NCBI GenBank assembly: GCA_963845755.1
Contig: CAWJTV010000034.1
Span: forward strand, 256,001 to 320,000
Direction of reading: 5' to 3'
DNA length: 64,000 bases
Source of the DNA: an uncultured Planctomycetota bacterium
GTDB taxonomy: Bacteria; Planctomycetota; Planctomycetia; Isosphaerales; Isosphaeraceae
The notes under the pieces were generated by a model that was not told where the DNA came from, did no database searches, and saw only the letters and a list, made by a program, of their open reading frames with translations. The translations under genes and the position numbers were made by a program. This document shows positions 62,561-64,000 of the stretch, in pieces; positions within the stretch are counted from its first letter, which is position 1; each line of letters starts with the position of its first letter.

Positions 62561-64000
62561 ACGCGCTCGGCCTGATCTTGCTAGGAAGCATCACACACGC
62601 GACGGGGTTCGCGGTGCTGGGAGTCCTGGTCTACCTGGTATTTCGTCGGCGCGGTCCGGCTGCGGGCTCGCTCGCGGCGGGCTCGAGTCTGTTAATCATG
62701 GTACTGGTGTCGATGGTCGTTCTGAGCCCCTGGCCTCGGTGGTGGACCGTCGCTCCGGAGTCGTTTGCGACAACCTCGGCTGGTGTTCTCAGGGCCGCCG
62801 AGCCGATCGAGCGATCGCCGGCGGCCGAGCAAGGCTCGGAACCCTTGGTGGGACGGTTATCCGACACTTCAAAGGATTCGCGACCGCAGGCGCCGCGAGA
62901 CGCAGACGTGCCGCGACCGACCCTCTTGGCTTTTCTACTCGAAGAGCTGAGACGGCCTACGCTCGAACGAGCCTCATCGCGGTGGGGCTGGCTGGAATGG
63001 CTCGCGGTCGGGTTCTTCATCAGCGTGGCCCTCGGGCTCGTTCGCCTGGGTCTCGGTCTCTGGAGCATGATGCGCCTGCGGGCGCGCAGCGTTCCGATCG
63101 ACGATCGCGAGCTGCACGACGCGATCGAGATCCTGCGGGCCGAATTGAGTTGTACGCGACCGGTGGAAGTTCGGGAACTCGCCGAGCTGGCGACCCCAGC
63201 CACGATCGGATGGAGACGGCCGCTTCTTTTCTTGCCCCGCGACTGGCGCGATTGGAGCTCCGACGAGCGCAGGGCGGTGCTGGCACACGAGCTGGCGACA
63301 CGTCGCCGGGGCGATTTCCTGGCCGGTCTGGCGGCACAGGTTGGCCTGGCGTTGCACTTCTATCATCCCCTGGCGCACTGGCTGGCAAGCCGGCTCCGGC
63401 TGGAGCAGGAACTGGCGGCCGACGCCTGGGGCGGCCCGACTCTCGGGGGGCAAGCCGACGTATCTCGCGACCCTGGCCAAGATGGCCTTGCGCCGCGACA
63501 GCCGCGCCATGACCTGGCCGGCCCGTGCATTTCTCCCGTCACATGGCACCTTTGTTCGGAGGATCGAGATGCTTCGCAATTCGAAACAGATCCGTCCGGG
63601 TTCCCTCTCGGTGGTGACCCGGTTGTTGACGGTCGGCCTCCTCTCGGGGCTGGGCCTCCTGGTTGCCGGTCTGCGCGGGCCGGATGGCGGGTCGCCGGTC
63701 CTGGCTCAGAATCAGCCGATCGCCCAGCCCGATGGTGGTGGGCGCAAGACGCCCTTCATGAGTACAACCTGAACTTCCTCCCGGTTGATACGAAGATGGT
63801 ATTGGCGATCCAGCCCGCTTCACTGCTTCACCGCCGCGATGTCCACTCGATCGTCAGTTCGATCTTGCGCGGGTCGCAACTCCGAAGCGTGCTCGTCCTC
63901 CCTCCGGAGGATATCGATCAGTTCCTCCTGTTCTGGGAAGGAGACCCTCAGCCCGCGGGTGGGCCACAGGTCCTGGGTCAGATTCCTTCGGGATTCGTGC
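62557..64000 (+). CDS. M56 (BlaR1-like) metallopeptidase-domain membrane protein; frameshifted, runs off the window edge
   Basis: ATG overlaps the repressor TGA; TPATIGWRRP, VLAHEL(A), FYHPLAHW, RLEQELAAD, YLATLAKMAL, RRIEML. Confidence 0.85.
   Translation, partial: MNALGLILLGSITHATGFAVLGVLVYLVFRRRGPAAGSLAAGSSLLIMVLVSMVVLSPWPRWWTVAPESFATTSAGVLRAAEPIERSPAAEQGSEPLVGRLSDTSKDSRPQAPRDADVPRPTLLAFLLEELRRPTLERASSRWGWLEWLAVGFFISVALGLVRLGLGLWSMMRLRARSVPIDDRELHDAIEILRAELSCTRPVEVRELAELATPATIGWRRPLLFLPRDWRDWSSDERRAVLAHELATRRRGDFLAGLAAQVGLALHFYHPLAHWLASRLRLEQELAADAWGGPTLGGQADVSRDPGQDGLAPRQPRHDLAGPCISPVTWHLCSEDRDASQFETDPSGFPLGGDPVVDGRPPLGAGPPGCRSARAGWRVAGPGSESADRPARWWWAQDALHEYNLNFLPVDTKMVLAIQPASLLHRRDVHSIVSSILRGSQLRSVLVLPPEDIDQFLLFWEGDPQPAGGPQVLGQIPSGFV

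Noticed and set aside
63286..63312. Catalytically dead M56 (HELAT instead of HELAH)
   Set aside because: gcgacacgtcgccgg becomes HELAHVRR after removing one base and adding one, consistent with paired sequencing indels.
9527..64000. Widespread pseudogenisation or programmed frameshifting (DUF1552, DUF1592, TPR genes, serine hydrolase, kinase, IS4, modABC, M56)
   Set aside because: The breaks look like small indels in GC-rich context, some mutually compensating (modC), with no slippery A-rich heptamers noticed. Long-read consensus error is the simplest explanation; read polishing would decide.

Overview
High-GC bacterial DNA, most likely from a planctomycete (Isosphaeraceae-like). This is inferred from the DUF1552/DUF1592 cytochrome pair, LEPR-XLL-type secreted proteins, an ECF sigma factor coupled to a Ser/Thr kinase-WD40-TPR gene, and a PEP-CTERM protein. 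The left part carries a giant poly-HAMP hybrid histidine kinase and partner receiver protein, a PEP-CTERM propeller, the DUF1592/DUF1552 pair, two tandem TPR paralogs, several secreted hydrolases and an RraA-family aldolase. The middle (about 23-49 kb) is an accessory, rearranged zone. It contains an NHL/Ig protein, an IS110-family element with a structured downstream non-coding region (candidate bridge RNA), a translationally coupled operon of a heme-oxygenase-like diiron enzyme, a LuxI/FeeM-like acyltransferase and an NTF2-like protein, hsp20-lon, a truncated PIN toxin, the ECF-kinase pair, an intact ISAs1 with a 10-bp target duplication, a G1 peptidase, an IS4 without a target duplication, PPi-type Pfk and TPR remnants. 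The right part has an ACT protein, rsgA, a WD40 protein, a metallophosphoesterase, Uma2, a membrane P-loop protein, modABC and a BlaI/M56 pair. Several REP-like palindromes occur in intergenic regions. Many genes carry single-base frameshifts that look like long-read consensus errors. No rRNA, tRNA, CRISPR array or reverse transcriptase was seen. All family calls come from motif recognition by eye, not database searches.
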